A stretch of 64,000 bases of DNA from NCBI GenBank assembly GCA_045601365.1, contig JAZRZN010000080.1, positions 7,806-71,805 of the forward strand, given 5' to 3'. This document shows, in pieces, positions 18,895-29,202 of the stretch (the first letter of the stretch is position 1; each line of letters starts with the position of its first letter). A program made the translations under genes and the position numbers. Origin of the DNA: Clostridia bacterium (GTDB lineage: Bacteria > Bacillota > Clostridia > Christensenellales > QALW01). The notes under the pieces were generated by a model. The model was not told where the DNA came from, did not search any database, and saw only the letters and a list, made by a program, of their open reading frames with translations.

Positions 18895-19166
18895 GCGTAG
18901 AGTGCGGCGCCCCCGACGCACCGCAAGCGATGTTTGTTGTAGGAATACTTATTTTATCCTTTCGCGTACTCTCTTGTGTCATTGCGAGGAGCAACGCGAC
19001 GCGGCAATCCGGACATAAACCGAAGTAACTTTATGTTAAACATGGATTGCCACGCATCCTGCGGATGCTCGCAATGACACGATGAAGTTTTTCAGCATAA
19101 TTACTTCGTTTCCTGCCCGTGATTTGGGCGCGTATAATGGTGCGTCAAGGATGCCGCACCCTACGC
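18895..19166. repeat. Composite palindromic (REP/REPIN-like) element, copy B, inverted relative to copy A
   Basis: GCGTAG..TGCGGC...GCCGCACCCTACGC outer IR; inner GTGTCATTGCGAG...CTCGCAATGACAC (18976-19080); spacers also align with copy A. Confidence 0.85.
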
Positions 19167-19184
19167 AAAAAATAACACTTGGAT

Positions 19185-19218
19185 AAAAATTCGCTCGGCA
19201 ACGTTCATGCCGAGCGAA
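19185..19218 (-). terminator. Intrinsic terminator downstream of ftsZ
   Basis: TTCGCTCGGCA/TGCCGAGCGAA stem followed by a T run on the minus strand. Confidence 0.65.
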
Positions 19219-19233
19219 CTTGTCATAATACAG

Positions 19234-19350
19234 TAAAGTTTTTTGCCGAGCTTTTTTTCAAAAAAGCTCGCAGGGTGCGGGACAGCGTCCCACAAAAAAA
19301 GGGTTTGGGGCAGCGTCCCAAGAGATAGGTGCAGGGTACGGAGTCCCCGT
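19234..19350. repeat. Right arm of the outer shell plus three tandem GGGT..GGG.CAG.GTCCC hairpin units
   Basis: TAAAGTTTTTTGCCGAGCTTTTTTTCAAAAAAGCTCG then GGGTGCGGGACAGCGTCCCA, GGGTTTGGGGCAGCGTCCCA, GGTGCAGGGTACGGAGTCCCCG. Confidence 0.7.
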
Positions 19351-19369
19351 AAAATAAGCGCAAAGAATA

Positions 19370-20701
19370 TTATCTTCTTCTGCGGCGTGTGATCGCGGGA
19401 AGATCGAAATCTATATCATCGTAATTATCGTCATCATTACCGCGAAGTGATGAGAACAGACCGCCTCCGCGCTTCGGCGCGGGTTCTTCGTCCTCAAACT
19501 CTTCCTCCTGCGGACGGCGGCGTTCCTCCCTGCGTGGAATGAATATTTCATCGTCGTCATCTTCCGGAGCGGGCTTCGGCGCTCTTTCAAAGCTTTCCTG
19601 AGTGCGGGGCGCTCTCTGCGAATTAAAATCCGTCATAACAAGTCCGTCATCTTCAGGCTCGTCAACTTCCTCCTCGGGTTCTTCGGGTTCGGGCTCCTGC
19701 GGACGTGCTACGCGGTCATTCATGCGCTGAGGTCTTGCCGGACGCTTGCCGTCCTTTTCAAAGCCCGTAGCGATGATCGTGATGCGTACCTCGTCATCAA
19801 GGCTTTCGTCGATGCCCGCACCGAAGATGATGTTGGCATCGGACGCAACTGCCTCATGCACAAGATATGCGGCTTCGTTGATCTCGTTGAGTGAAAGGCT
19901 CGCGCCGCCCGTAACGTTAAGAAGAACGCCTGTAGCACCTGCAATGGTGGTTTCAAGCAACGGACTCGATATCGCGTGCTTTGCCGCGTCGATGGCTCTG
20001 TTTTCGCCCGAGCCGACACCTATGCCCATGTGAGCGATGCCCTTGTCCTTCATGATAGCGCGAACGTCGGCGAAGTCGAGGTTTATCATGTTGTCGCGTG
20101 TGATAAGCTCCGAAATGCCCGATACGCCTTGGCGAAGCACCTCATCAGCCTGACGGAATGCTTCCATCATCGAAGTACCCTTGCCGACTACCTGAAGCAA
20201 TTTATCGTTGGGGATTATTATAAGGCTGTCCACAGCCGCCTTAAGCTCGCTTACGCCCTTATCGGCATTGACCGATCTTGTCTTGCCCTCAAAGAGGAAA
20301 GGATAAGTAACGACACCTACCGTAAGTATGCCCATGTCCTTGGCTACCTCGGCTACTACCGGAGCTGCGCCCGTACCTGTTCCGCCGCCCATACCCGAGG
20401 TAACGAACACCATGTCCGCGCCGCGAAGCTGATCCATAATATCGTCACGGCTCTCTTCAGCCGCTTTTTTGCCGATTTCGGGATTTGCGCCCGCGCCGAG
20501 ACCTTTTGTTATTTTTTCACCTATCTGAAGCTTTTTGTTTGCCTTTGAACGCTGAAGTGCCTGACGGTCGGTATTGATGGCAATGTATTCAACGCCCGTG
20601 AGTCCCGCGGCGATCATTCTGTCCACCGCGTTACAGCCTGCGCCACCTACGCCTACAACCTTAAGCTGAGCAAAACCGCCCATATCAAGTTCAAATTCCA
20701 T
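19370..20701 (-). CDS. ftsZ: Cell division protein FtsZ
   Basis: [31 protein letters not shown]. Confidence 0.98.
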   Translation of the reverse strand: MEFELDMGGFAQLKVVGVGGAGCNAVDRMIAAGLTGVEYIAINTDRQALQRSKANKKLQIGEKITKGLGAGANPEIGKKAAEESRDDIMDQLRGADMVFVTSGMGGGTGTGAAPVVAEVAKDMGILTVGVVTYPFLFEGKTRSVNADKGVSELKAAVDSLIIIPNDKLLQVVGKGTSMMEAFRQADEVLRQGVSGISELITRDNMINLDFADVRAIMKDKGIAHMGIGVGSGENRAIDAAKHAISSPLLETTIAGATGVLLNVTGGASLSLNEINEAAYLVHEAVASDANIIFGAGIDESLDDEVRITIIATGFEKDGKRPARPQRMNDRVARPQEPEPEEPEEEVDEPEDDGLVMTDFNSQRAPRTQESFERAPKPAPEDDDDEIFIPRREERRRPQEEEFEDEEPAPKRGGGLFSSLRGNDDDNYDDIDFDLPAITRRRRR

Positions 20702-20724
20702 AATAAAATTCTCCTTTCAAGAAC

Positions 20725-21903
20725 TTATCTATAAAATAAATTTTTTATACTTTCCCAAAATCCCGGTTCGTCATCGACCTCGGCATCAAGTGCCATATCC
20801 ATTACCGCAAGCGATGAGGAATATGCCGGATTGTTGAAGCACGTTGACTGCGGCTGAACGATGACTGTATTATGCTCAGTGAATTTTTGGATAAACTCAC
20901 GGATGCCGCGCATCGAAGCCGTGCCTCCCGTAACATACAGCGGTACATATTTGGGAAGATTGCATCCGCTGTTATCAAGCGAATCGGTGATTATCCTTAT
21001 CATTTCACAAAGGCGTGCCTCGATTATTTCCTGTACCTTAAGTGCTGAAAATCTAATAAGCTTGTACGAATCGCTGTCGCATACTTCATAAAAATCGTCT
21101 TCGCCGAGTGAAAGCCCGAATATCGCACGGCGTTTAAGCTCTTCTGCCATGCTGTGCTTTACATTGAAAACCTTTTCAAGATCGCCCGTGATATTGCCGC
21201 CGCCGAACGGGAATACCTTATGGTATATAAGCCCATCGCCGCGTGCGATCATTACACATGCAGAATACTCGCCTATATCAAGCATCACCGCACTGCGGTC
21301 GCGTTTTTCCTGCGGTATGAAGCGCATCGATTCGGCATACGATGCCGCCACGAATGTACTTGCGGTATATCCGTTTTCCGAAAGCATTTTCGTTATACCG
21401 TTGATAAACCATTTTTCCGCCACAACGTAAGATACGATAGCACTTAGCTTTGTTGCCTGCCTGCCCACAGGCTCCATCGTCCTGCGTGCATCATCAAGAG
21501 TGAAGCGCACCGGGCAACGGTGAAGTACCGTGCATGGCTTTGCAAGCTGAAATTTACTGCCCTTTAAGTATAGCTCGTCAACGTCACTCTGCGTTACCGT
21601 CCTGCGTGTTTTGAAGGTAACATCCACCTGCTTGCATACTGCCTTGACAAAATCGGCCGGAATGCCGACATGCACATATTTTATTCGTCTGCCCGCTTTT
21701 TTTTCCGCTTCGCGCAAAACCGCAAGCACTGTTTCCGGAAGGGAATTACGCTCTGCCCACTTACCGTTTTTATAGCCGGCGTAGTTTTTTGACGCACTGC
21801 CGATAATGTGGGTCTCATCATACTGACCGACTTCACCTATTATAGAAACTATCTTGCCTGTGCCTATTTCTATCACGGTAGAGATCTGCCGCATCAGCTT
21901 CAT
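20725..21903 (-). CDS. ftsA: Cell division protein FtsA
   Basis: EIGTGKI, LDIGE, GGGNIT.D, IIEAR, VTGG; directly upstream of ftsZ. Confidence 0.88.
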   Translation of the reverse strand: MKLMRQISTVIEIGTGKIVSIIGEVGQYDETHIIGSASKNYAGYKNGKWAERNSLPETVLAVLREAEKKAGRRIKYVHVGIPADFVKAVCKQVDVTFKTRRTVTQSDVDELYLKGSKFQLAKPCTVLHRCPVRFTLDDARRTMEPVGRQATKLSAIVSYVVAEKWFINGITKMLSENGYTASTFVAASYAESMRFIPQEKRDRSAVMLDIGEYSACVMIARGDGLIYHKVFPFGGGNITGDLEKVFNVKHSMAEELKRRAIFGLSLGEDDFYEVCDSDSYKLIRFSALKVQEIIEARLCEMIRIITDSLDNSGCNLPKYVPLYVTGGTASMRGIREFIQKFTEHNTVIVQPQSTCFNNPAYSSSLAVMDMALDAEVDDEPGFWESIKNLFYR

Positions 21904-22070
21904 CCTTTCCTTTTAATACAGCGGGATCGCAACCGAAGATCTTGCTACCGTCGCAGATATATAATATCTCATATATATAATAACAGAAAACTTAAAAAAG
22001 TAAAAGCACTTTTTTTGCAAAATAGCTTGTTTTGTCAAAATTATTTTTATTTTGCCGATAAAAATCGCCT

Positions 22071-22820
22071 TTATTTTATAAAATACCCGTTTTCAGTCTC
22101 CATATTAAGCTCTCTGCCGTCGGTGAGCTTGTCCCTTGCCGCCGCTACCGTAGCCTCAAGTTTGCGCAATTTGGTATCGGCGGTAGCACCGCCTGCGATC
22201 CGCACGGTCAGTGTCCCCTGATACGAAAGCACGATATGTCCGGGATCGCTGATGTCTATTGACGTTATTTTATCATTGAGCGAATACTTGTCCATAGCCG
22301 CCAACACATTTGAAAGCGCCGCTGTTTTTTCTTCGCTGTCGCCTGTCAGCGGCTTACCGAATTCAGGCTCGGTCATCCCGATGCCCGTGACCGAAGTCAG
22401 CATTTCATCCGGCGTGCCGATAAGTCCGAGAACGGTACAGCTCTTATCAAGGATATAATATCCGTTCACCGTACCTATCTGTGCTATCGGCGTGCGCTCC
22501 GTAACGTATATTTCTATTCCCGTAGGGAACACACGCCTTATATTCTCAACTTTCAGATACGGGTTTTGTTCAATGCCTTCCTTTGCGGCATCCTCATTGA
22601 CCTTTATTATATTCGTATCGAAGGTTATACCGCTCGCATCAACTATTTCCTGACGGCTGAAGCGTTCCGCTCCGTACACGGTTATGCTCGATACGTTAAG
22701 CAGTGAACTGTGCAGAAGAAAATACAGAACTACAAGCAGAACAATGACAAGTACCCACAAGACTATCGCCCGCGGTCCGTAATTCACATATTCGTCGCTC
22801 TCATCGTTCCGCCTTTTCAT
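22071..22820 (-). CDS. ftsQ: Cell division protein FtsQ/DivIB
   Basis: Single TM helix, POTRA-like domain, R.FP..IEIYVTER. Confidence 0.85.
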   Translation of the reverse strand: MKRRNDESDEYVNYGPRAIVLWVLVIVLLVVLYFLLHSSLLNVSSITVYGAERFSRQEIVDASGITFDTNIIKVNEDAAKEGIEQNPYLKVENIRRVFPTGIEIYVTERTPIAQIGTVNGYYILDKSCTVLGLIGTPDEMLTSVTGIGMTEPEFGKPLTGDSEEKTAALSNVLAAMDKYSLNDKITSIDISDPGHIVLSYQGTLTVRIAGGATADTKLRKLEATVAAARDKLTDGRELNMETENGYFIK

Positions 22821-22821
22821 C

Positions 22822-24078
22822 CTATACCTCCGTTGCTGTTATTTTTGCGCCTATCGAGGCAAGCTGTTCTTCAAAGCCGTAGTAGCCGCGTGCCACAAGT
22901 CCGTCATCGCTTATCTCGGTAACGCCTTCGGCGGCAAGCCCCGCTATGATAAGTGCAGCTCCGCCGCGCAGATCGTGCGTGTGTACCTTCGTACCGTACA
23001 GCTTTTTCACACCGTGTATCACTGCCACACGTTCGTTCACGGTGATATCGGCTCCCATTTTTTTAAGCTCACCGACAAGCCTGAATCTGTTTTCAAATAC
23101 ATTTTCCACGAGTACGCACGTTCCGTCCGAAACCGTCTGAAGTGCCATCATCGGCGATTGCAGGTCGGTCGGAAAACCCGGATACGGCATCGTCTCTATC
23201 ATTTTTGAAGCCTTCATTCGTCCGGCGGCTTTTATGTAAAGCCCGTCATCAAGCGTTTTTATCTCACACCCGCCGTCGGAAAGCTTTGCACTGAGTGCGG
23301 TAACATGCTCGCTTATGGCGTTTTTGATAAAAAGCTCACCGCCGCACGATGCAACGGCTATCATGAATGTCCCCGTTACTATACGGTCGGGCATCGCACA
23401 GTATGTACAGCCGTGAAGCTTTTTCACGCCGTGTATAACTATCCGCCCGCTTCCGGCGCCGCTGACCCTGCCACCCATCATGTTTATGAAATTCTGCAGA
23501 TCAACTATTTCCGGTTCTTTAGCCGCATTCGTTATTACCGTCGCGCCGCTTGCAAGTGATGCCGCCATCATGATGTTTTCCGTCGCGCCTACGCTCGGAT
23601 AATCAAGATATACCTCTCCGCTCTTTAAGCGTGAGCAACGGCATTTTATGTGCCCGTCGCATTCGTTGACGCTTACCCCGAGGTCGCGCAACCCTTTCAG
23701 ATGCAGATCGACGGGACGTATCCCTATATCACATCCGCCGGGATAGCCAAGCTCGGCACTGCCGAGCCGCGCAAGCAACGGTCCCAAAATAAATATTGAA
23801 GAACGCAGCTTGTGCATCAAAAGATCGTCTATCCGAAAATTGCTTGTTCCGCGCGGGTCTATCTCCGCACAACCGTTTTCATATGAGACTTTACAGCCGA
23901 TATCTTCAAGCAGTTTAAGCATCGCAGTAACATCGGAAAGTGGCGGACATTTTTCTATACGCACCGTTTCGGACGAAAGTATCACTGCCGCCAATATAGG
24001 TAAAAGCGAGTTTTTGGCGCTGTGGATACTTACTTCACCGTTAAGGTGATTACCGCCGCAAATCACTGTTTTTTTCAT
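22822..24078 (-). CDS. murA: UDP-N-acetylglucosamine 1-carboxyvinyltransferase
   Basis: AKNS.LP, PGGCDIG.RP.D.H, SVGATEN, PYPGFPTD, DLRGGA. Confidence 0.95.
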   Translation of the reverse strand: MKKTVICGGNHLNGEVSIHSAKNSLLPILAAVILSSETVRIEKCPPLSDVTAMLKLLEDIGCKVSYENGCAEIDPRGTSNFRIDDLLMHKLRSSIFILGPLLARLGSAELGYPGGCDIGIRPVDLHLKGLRDLGVSVNECDGHIKCRCSRLKSGEVYLDYPSVGATENIMMAASLASGATVITNAAKEPEIVDLQNFINMMGGRVSGAGSGRIVIHGVKKLHGCTYCAMPDRIVTGTFMIAVASCGGELFIKNAISEHVTALSAKLSDGGCEIKTLDDGLYIKAAGRMKASKMIETMPYPGFPTDLQSPMMALQTVSDGTCVLVENVFENRFRLVGELKKMGADITVNERVAVIHGVKKLYGTKVHTHDLRGGAALIIAGLAAEGVTEISDDGLVARGYYGFEEQLASIGAKITATEV

Positions 24079-24115
24079 TATTAACACCCCATATATCAAA
24101 AACTTTCTCCGTTTC

Positions 24116-24123
24116 AATATATG
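24116..24123 (-). promoter_or_regulatory. Possible mother-cell (SigE/SigK-type) -10 box upstream of murA
   Basis: Minus strand CATATATT fits CATAnnnT; -35 not convincingly seen. Confidence 0.35.
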
Positions 24124-24141
24124 CGGATGCATCAAACATTG

Positions 24142-25281
24142 TTAAGTGCGTCTTTTCTTTTTAGCCGTTCGGTAAGATGAAACACTGAGAAGTATGCCCG
24201 TCGCCGCAAGTGTCATCAAAAGCGACGACGCTCCCTTTGATATAAACGGAAGCGTAAGTCCCGTTGACGGCATTACGTTCGTTGCAACGCCCATGTTAAC
24301 GAGTGCCTGAAACGTTATCAGCATCGTCAGCCCCGTCGCTATGCATACACCTTCGCGGTCATATGCGTCCATCGCGATCTTTATGCCGAAAATCATATAC
24401 GCCACATAAAAGCTTATAAGCACAAGTGCGCCGGCAAAGCCGAATTCTTCGCAAACTATCGCAAATATATAGTCTGTGTCGCTCATAGGCAGATGTGATA
24501 TTTTTTGTTTGCTGTTGCCTATGCCGACACCGAACAGACCGCCGTCACCGATAGCATATAGAGATTGGACTATCTGATACCCTTTATCCTGCGGATCGTC
24601 CCACGCGTGCAGCCACGATTCGAAGCGTCCGCCGTGGTATCCTTCGCCCCAAAGCAGCTTTATCATGAAGATGATCACTACTCCCACAGCGCAAACCGCA
24701 AGTGCCTGCCACGGTGTTTCGTTGACGAACAGTATCGCGCATACGGCGACACAAAAGCATATCGTCGTTGAAAGATCGGGTTCAATAAAGATAAGAAATA
24801 TTATCAGTCCGAGCGGCACGAACAAACCGAGCCACATACCGAACTTAGTATACCATTTTTTATTTTTGTTGATAAAATAGGCTGTGTACAGTACGCCTAT
24901 TATTTTGGCAAATTCCGAGCTTTGGAATGTTAAGCTTTTTATCTGCACCCATCTGTGCGCGTCACGCACGCCGGGACAGAAAAGTGCCCATACAAGCAAG
25001 CCTATTGCAATAAAATACCCTGCGACCAGTGTTTTTTTTGAAAGAAAAATATGATAATCTATCCGCGAAAACAGAAACATCAGGAATATCCCGCCGGCGC
25101 CCATCAGCACCTGCGTAAGCACCGCCTTTAAGTACGATGCCGTAGGTGAATGTATCAATGTGCTGTTGTATGAGCTGTTAAGCACCATTACGATCCCGCC
25201 GCAGGTAAGCAATATTGCGACGAACATAAGCGGAAGGTATATACCCTGGTATTTCATTTTGGGGTATTTACTTTTTGGCAT
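24142..25281 (-). CDS. ftsW: SEDS peptidoglycan polymerase FtsW/SpoVE
   Basis: RW, FQSSEFAK, EPDLST, GYQ.VQS, TDYIFA..EE.G, TGLTLPFIS.G.SS. Confidence 0.92.
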   Translation of the reverse strand: MPKSKYPKMKYQGIYLPLMFVAILLTCGGIVMVLNSSYNSTLIHSPTASYLKAVLTQVLMGAGGIFLMFLFSRIDYHIFLSKKTLVAGYFIAIGLLVWALFCPGVRDAHRWVQIKSLTFQSSEFAKIIGVLYTAYFINKNKKWYTKFGMWLGLFVPLGLIIFLIFIEPDLSTTICFCVAVCAILFVNETPWQALAVCAVGVVIIFMIKLLWGEGYHGGRFESWLHAWDDPQDKGYQIVQSLYAIGDGGLFGVGIGNSKQKISHLPMSDTDYIFAIVCEEFGFAGALVLISFYVAYMIFGIKIAMDAYDREGVCIATGLTMLITFQALVNMGVATNVMPSTGLTLPFISKGASSLLMTLAATGILLSVSSYRTAKKKRRT

Positions 25282-25296
25282 CGTATCACTCCCGAA

Positions 25297-26643
25297 TCAA
25301 AATCTGTTGGCTATTTCCTTGAAAACTCTTCCGCGTTCCTCGTAATCCTTGAACATATCAAAGCTTGCACATGCCGGCGACAGCAGAACGTTATAGCCCT
25401 CACCCGCCGCATTTTTTGCCGCAATGACACCGTCCTCGAACGTGCCGTTCACCACGGTATAATTTTTCCATCCGAATTTTTCGGCTGTCTGCCTGAGACG
25501 CTCCGCAGTCACGCCGATAAGCACCGTATGCTTTATGTTTTCCGTAAACGCTTCAAACAGCGAATCGAAGCTTCCGCCCTTATCGTAACCGCCGAGTATC
25601 AGCACCGTCGGCTTCGTCATCGTTTCTATCGCTTTTACCGTGGAATCGGGATTCGTACCCTTTGAATCGTTTATATACGTTATTCCGCCCTTTGTGCAGA
25701 CGGTCTCTATCCTGTGTTCAACGCCCTTGAATGTTTTGAGTGTATAAGCAACCGTTTCCGCGCCGACGCCGCAGAGCATAGTAAGTGCAACAGCCGCAAG
25801 CGCGTTTTCGATATTGTGAGGTCCTTTTATGTAGATATCCTCCGTGCGGCAGACATATGCTTCAACGCCGTTGAGCCTGAAAACGACATCGCCGTTTCTC
25901 ACGAACGCGCCCTCATCAAGCTCGATCTTTCTTGAGAAAAAGAACGGTTTGCCGTTCACCTTGCCGGCGAGCGAGCGAACGAGCGGATCATCATAATTCA
26001 GCACGGAATAATCGTCCTGTGTCTGATTTTCAAATACTCTCATTTTTGCGGCGATATAGTTTTCCATCGTCTTATGGCGTATCATGTGGTCTTCGGTGAT
26101 ATTCAGCAGTGCCGCCGCGTGAGCGCGGAAATCCTTTATTCCCTCAAGCTGGTAACTGCTTATTTCGGTGACCATGACGTCATTTTCTTTTGCTTCAAGC
26201 GAATGCGCGATATACGGCTCGCCTATATTTCCTACGACAAACGTTCCGCGCTTTGCATTTTTGAATATTTCGCCCGTCAGCGTAGTCGTCGTCGTTTTGC
26301 CGTTGGTACCCGTTATCGCAACCGTCATGCCCTTGCACAGACGGTACGCAAGCTCGATTTCGGCTATGACCTCCTTGCCCTGCGCCCTTGCTTTGTCGGC
26401 ATAAGGCAAATTCAGGGGAACGCTCGGCGATACAACAACAGTATCGGCGTTATCGACGAGCGCGTCCGGTGGACAGCCGAGATGAAATTCGTATGCGGTC
26501 TTGTCAAGAGCTTCAAGTCCCTCAAGCTTATCTTCCGTTTTTGAGTCGTTCAGCACGACATGCGCGCCGAGACTTTTCAGAATCGGTGCGGCAGCAATAC
26601 CGCTTCGCGCCATTCCTATAACAAGTACATTATCAAGCTTCAT
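25297..26643 (-). CDS. murD: UDP-MurNAc-L-Ala:D-Glu ligase
   Basis: ITGTNGKTTT, EISSYQL, NDSKGTN, GGYDKG, LSPACASFD. Confidence 0.96.
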   Translation of the reverse strand: MKLDNVLVIGMARSGIAAAPILKSLGAHVVLNDSKTEDKLEGLEALDKTAYEFHLGCPPDALVDNADTVVVSPSVPLNLPYADKARAQGKEVIAEIELAYRLCKGMTVAITGTNGKTTTTTLTGEIFKNAKRGTFVVGNIGEPYIAHSLEAKENDVMVTEISSYQLEGIKDFRAHAAALLNITEDHMIRHKTMENYIAAKMRVFENQTQDDYSVLNYDDPLVRSLAGKVNGKPFFFSRKIELDEGAFVRNGDVVFRLNGVEAYVCRTEDIYIKGPHNIENALAAVALTMLCGVGAETVAYTLKTFKGVEHRIETVCTKGGITYINDSKGTNPDSTVKAIETMTKPTVLILGGYDKGGSFDSLFEAFTENIKHTVLIGVTAERLRQTAEKFGWKNYTVVNGTFEDGVIAAKNAAGEGYNVLLSPACASFDMFKDYEERGRVFKEIANRF

Positions 26644-26652
26644 GATCTTCTC

Positions 26653-27639
26653 CTAAAATCCGAATTCAAACGCAAGCAGCATCGCAAGCACGCATGCCGC
26701 TACGGTGATCAACGTGTACATTGAGGTAACTGTCGTTTCGTGATATCCCAACAGCTCATAATGGTGGTGGAGCGGCGCCATTTTGAATATGCGTTTGCCG
26801 TGGCGCAGCTTGAATGAGCCGACCTGCAATATTACCGAAACGCATGTGGCGACGAGCATCACACACATAACGGGAAGCAATATCGCCATGCGCGAAAACA
26901 GTGCGCAAAGCGCAAGACATCCGCCAAGCCCGAGCGCACCCGTATCGCCCATAAAGATGCGTGCGGGATAAGAATTGAAGCGAAGGAAGCCGAGGCACGC
27001 ACCGCCGAGTGCGGAAGCTAGCATTGCCACCTGCCGCATATCATGTGCATCCGTGTTCACATATGCAACACTTGCTATAAGTACCGCAAGCGTGATACCT
27101 TCAACGAGCGTCATGCGCGAAGCGAGACCGTCAAGTCCGTCGGCAAGGTTCTCGCCGTTCACGATAGCGAGTATAACGAACATGCTGAACGGGATATACC
27201 ACCAACCAAGGTCGCAGAGCCCCAAAAACGGAATAAAAATTTTGCTTCCGATAGCTTCACTTTTATAGGCATAGAGGGAAACTATCAGTGCGATCCCGAA
27301 CTGTCCGATTATCTTCTGATACGCCCGCAGACCAAGCGAACGCTTTTTGATTATCTTGATTATATCATCAAGAAATCCGATAAGTGCATAGCCCACCGTG
27401 GCAAGCAATGCGATAAGCGCACTTCCTTCAAACCGAAACACGAGCCCGACCACAGCCAAAGCCACGATCATCATTATGCCGCCCATTGTCGGCACATTTT
27501 GCTTTTTCAGGTGCGACGCAGGTCCGTCATCGCGCACCTGCTGACCGAAACGCAGCTTTTGCATAAGCTTTATGACGAACGGTCCGATTATCAGACATAC
27601 AACAAACGCCAATGCGAACGGATATAACAGATATGTCAT
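26653..27639 (-). CDS. mraY: Phospho-MurNAc-pentapeptide transferase
   Basis: PTMGG, GFLDD, DGLDGL, FMGDTG, MAPLHHH.E; RBS GGAGGG before ATG 27639. Confidence 0.96.
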   Translation of the reverse strand: MTYLLYPFALAFVVCLIIGPFVIKLMQKLRFGQQVRDDGPASHLKKQNVPTMGGIMMIVALAVVGLVFRFEGSALIALLATVGYALIGFLDDIIKIIKKRSLGLRAYQKIIGQFGIALIVSLYAYKSEAIGSKIFIPFLGLCDLGWWYIPFSMFVILAIVNGENLADGLDGLASRMTLVEGITLAVLIASVAYVNTDAHDMRQVAMLASALGGACLGFLRFNSYPARIFMGDTGALGLGGCLALCALFSRMAILLPVMCVMLVATCVSVILQVGSFKLRHGKRIFKMAPLHHHYELLGYHETTVTSMYTLITVAACVLAMLLAFEFGF

Positions 27640-27750
27640 TTTTTGCCCTCCTGTAGCGGAAATCTCATGTTTTTCATTTTCAGGCGAATGCGAACCGCAT
27701 ATCATAAGGGAAGCAGTTCCGCCTGCGTATTTTCTCAAGAAATCAAGTTT

Positions 27751-29202
27751 TCAAATAAGCTCATTTACGACTTCCCTATCGGAAAAATGATGCTTTTCAC
27801 CCTTTATTTCCTGATAATCCTCGTCGCCCTTGCCGCATATGGCGATAATATCGTCCTTTTGCGCGTATTCAAGCGCAAGCGCTATCGCCTGTCTGCGGTC
27901 GGCATTGCGGATATACGCGCAATCGGTTCTCTTGATTCCCGCTTCTATTTGGTCTATTATTTTCTCCGGCTCTTCAAAACGCGGATTGTCGCTTGTAAGC
28001 ACGCAATAGTCACTCAGTCTTCCGGCTATCTCGCCCATTATCGGACGCTTTTTGTCATCGCGGTTACCGCCGCACCCGAACACGCATATAAGTCTGCCCT
28101 GTTTGAACCCGTTTATCGCATTCAAAAGATTTTCGATACCGTCGGGCGTATGCGCATAATCTACTATTACCGTGATGCCCGTGTCCTTTGTATCAACTGC
28201 CTCAAATCTGCCCGGCACGGATGTGAACTGTTCTATTCCGCGAATGCATCCGTTGATGCAAACGCCCGACGCAAGCGCACAGCCTATCGCGCACAGCGCA
28301 TTGCTGACATTGAACATGCCGGTGGTTTTCAGCTTTACGGGATATATGTTGTTTTTATACATGATATCAAGCTCCGTGCAAGCCGCATGTATCCGTATGT
28401 TCGTCGTATGCAGGTCTGCGCATTCGTGCAATGAACAGCTCATGCAAGGTATTTTTCTGTTTTCATAGAGCTTTTTCCCGAAATCGTCGTCAATATTGAT
28501 TATTGCCTTTTCCACAAGCTCGGGAACGAAAAAGCTTTCCTTGGCGCGGGCGTAATTCTCCATCGTACCGAAATAATCAAGATGATCCTGCGTCAGATTG
28601 GTGAATCCGCCCGACGCAAACTGCATACCGTCGATCTTATGCAGATCAAGTGCGTGCGCCGTGACCTCCATTACCACCCATTTTGCACCGTGCTTCACCA
28701 TTTCGCTTAAAATATACTGAAGCTCTATCGGATCGGGCGTTGTCGCCGTAAGGAAGCTTATATCGAGCTTTGTGTCATCAAGGTATATCCCGCCCGTACC
28801 GATAATGCCGCAGGATATGTTATTTTCGCGTGCTATGGCTTTTATCATGTACGAAATGCTCGTTTTGCCGTTCGTACCCGTCACGCCGATCATCCGAAGT
28901 TTTTTTGACGGATGCCCGTAGAACGCGCTTGCGATATACGACATGGCACTGCGGGTATTTTCCACCTTTATCTGTTTTATATCGCAATCCACGGTGCGTT
29001 CCACTATCGCCGCCACAGCGCCGTTTTCGTAGGCACTTTTTATGTAGTCGTGACCGTCTGTGCGTGTGCCGTTTATGGCGAAATACAGCGACCCCGCTTT
29101 GCATTTGCGCGAATCTATCTCAAGTCCGCTTATTTCGGTATCATCCGTGCAGGTTTCTACTCCCGCACTTTTAAGAAGCTCATCAAAACGCATATCAGTC
29201 AA
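27751..29202 (-). CDS. murE: UDP-MurNAc-dipeptide:meso-DAP ligase
   Basis: VTGTNGKTS, TTP, DHLD, DYAHTPD, DNPR (meso-DAP specificity). Confidence 0.96.
   Translation of the reverse strand: MTDMRFDELLKSAGVETCTDDTEISGLEIDSRKCKAGSLYFAINGTRTDGHDYIKSAYENGAVAAIVERTVDCDIKQIKVENTRSAMSYIASAFYGHPSKKLRMIGVTGTNGKTSISYMIKAIARENNISCGIIGTGGIYLDDTKLDISFLTATTPDPIELQYILSEMVKHGAKWVVMEVTAHALDLHKIDGMQFASGGFTNLTQDHLDYFGTMENYARAKESFFVPELVEKAIINIDDDFGKKLYENRKIPCMSCSLHECADLHTTNIRIHAACTELDIMYKNNIYPVKLKTTGMFNVSNALCAIGCALASGVCINGCIRGIEQFTSVPGRFEAVDTKDTGITVIVDYAHTPDGIENLLNAINGFKQGRLICVFGCGGNRDDKKRPIMGEIAGRLSDYCVLTSDNPRFEEPEKIIDQIEAGIKRTDCAYIRNADRRQAIALALEYAQKDDIIAICGKGDEDYQEIKGEKHHFSDREVVNELI

Noticed and set aside
27640-27750. 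murF remnant or N-terminal extension of MraY
   Set aside because: No Mur-ligase motif is recognisable, and a strong RBS supports the ATG at 27639
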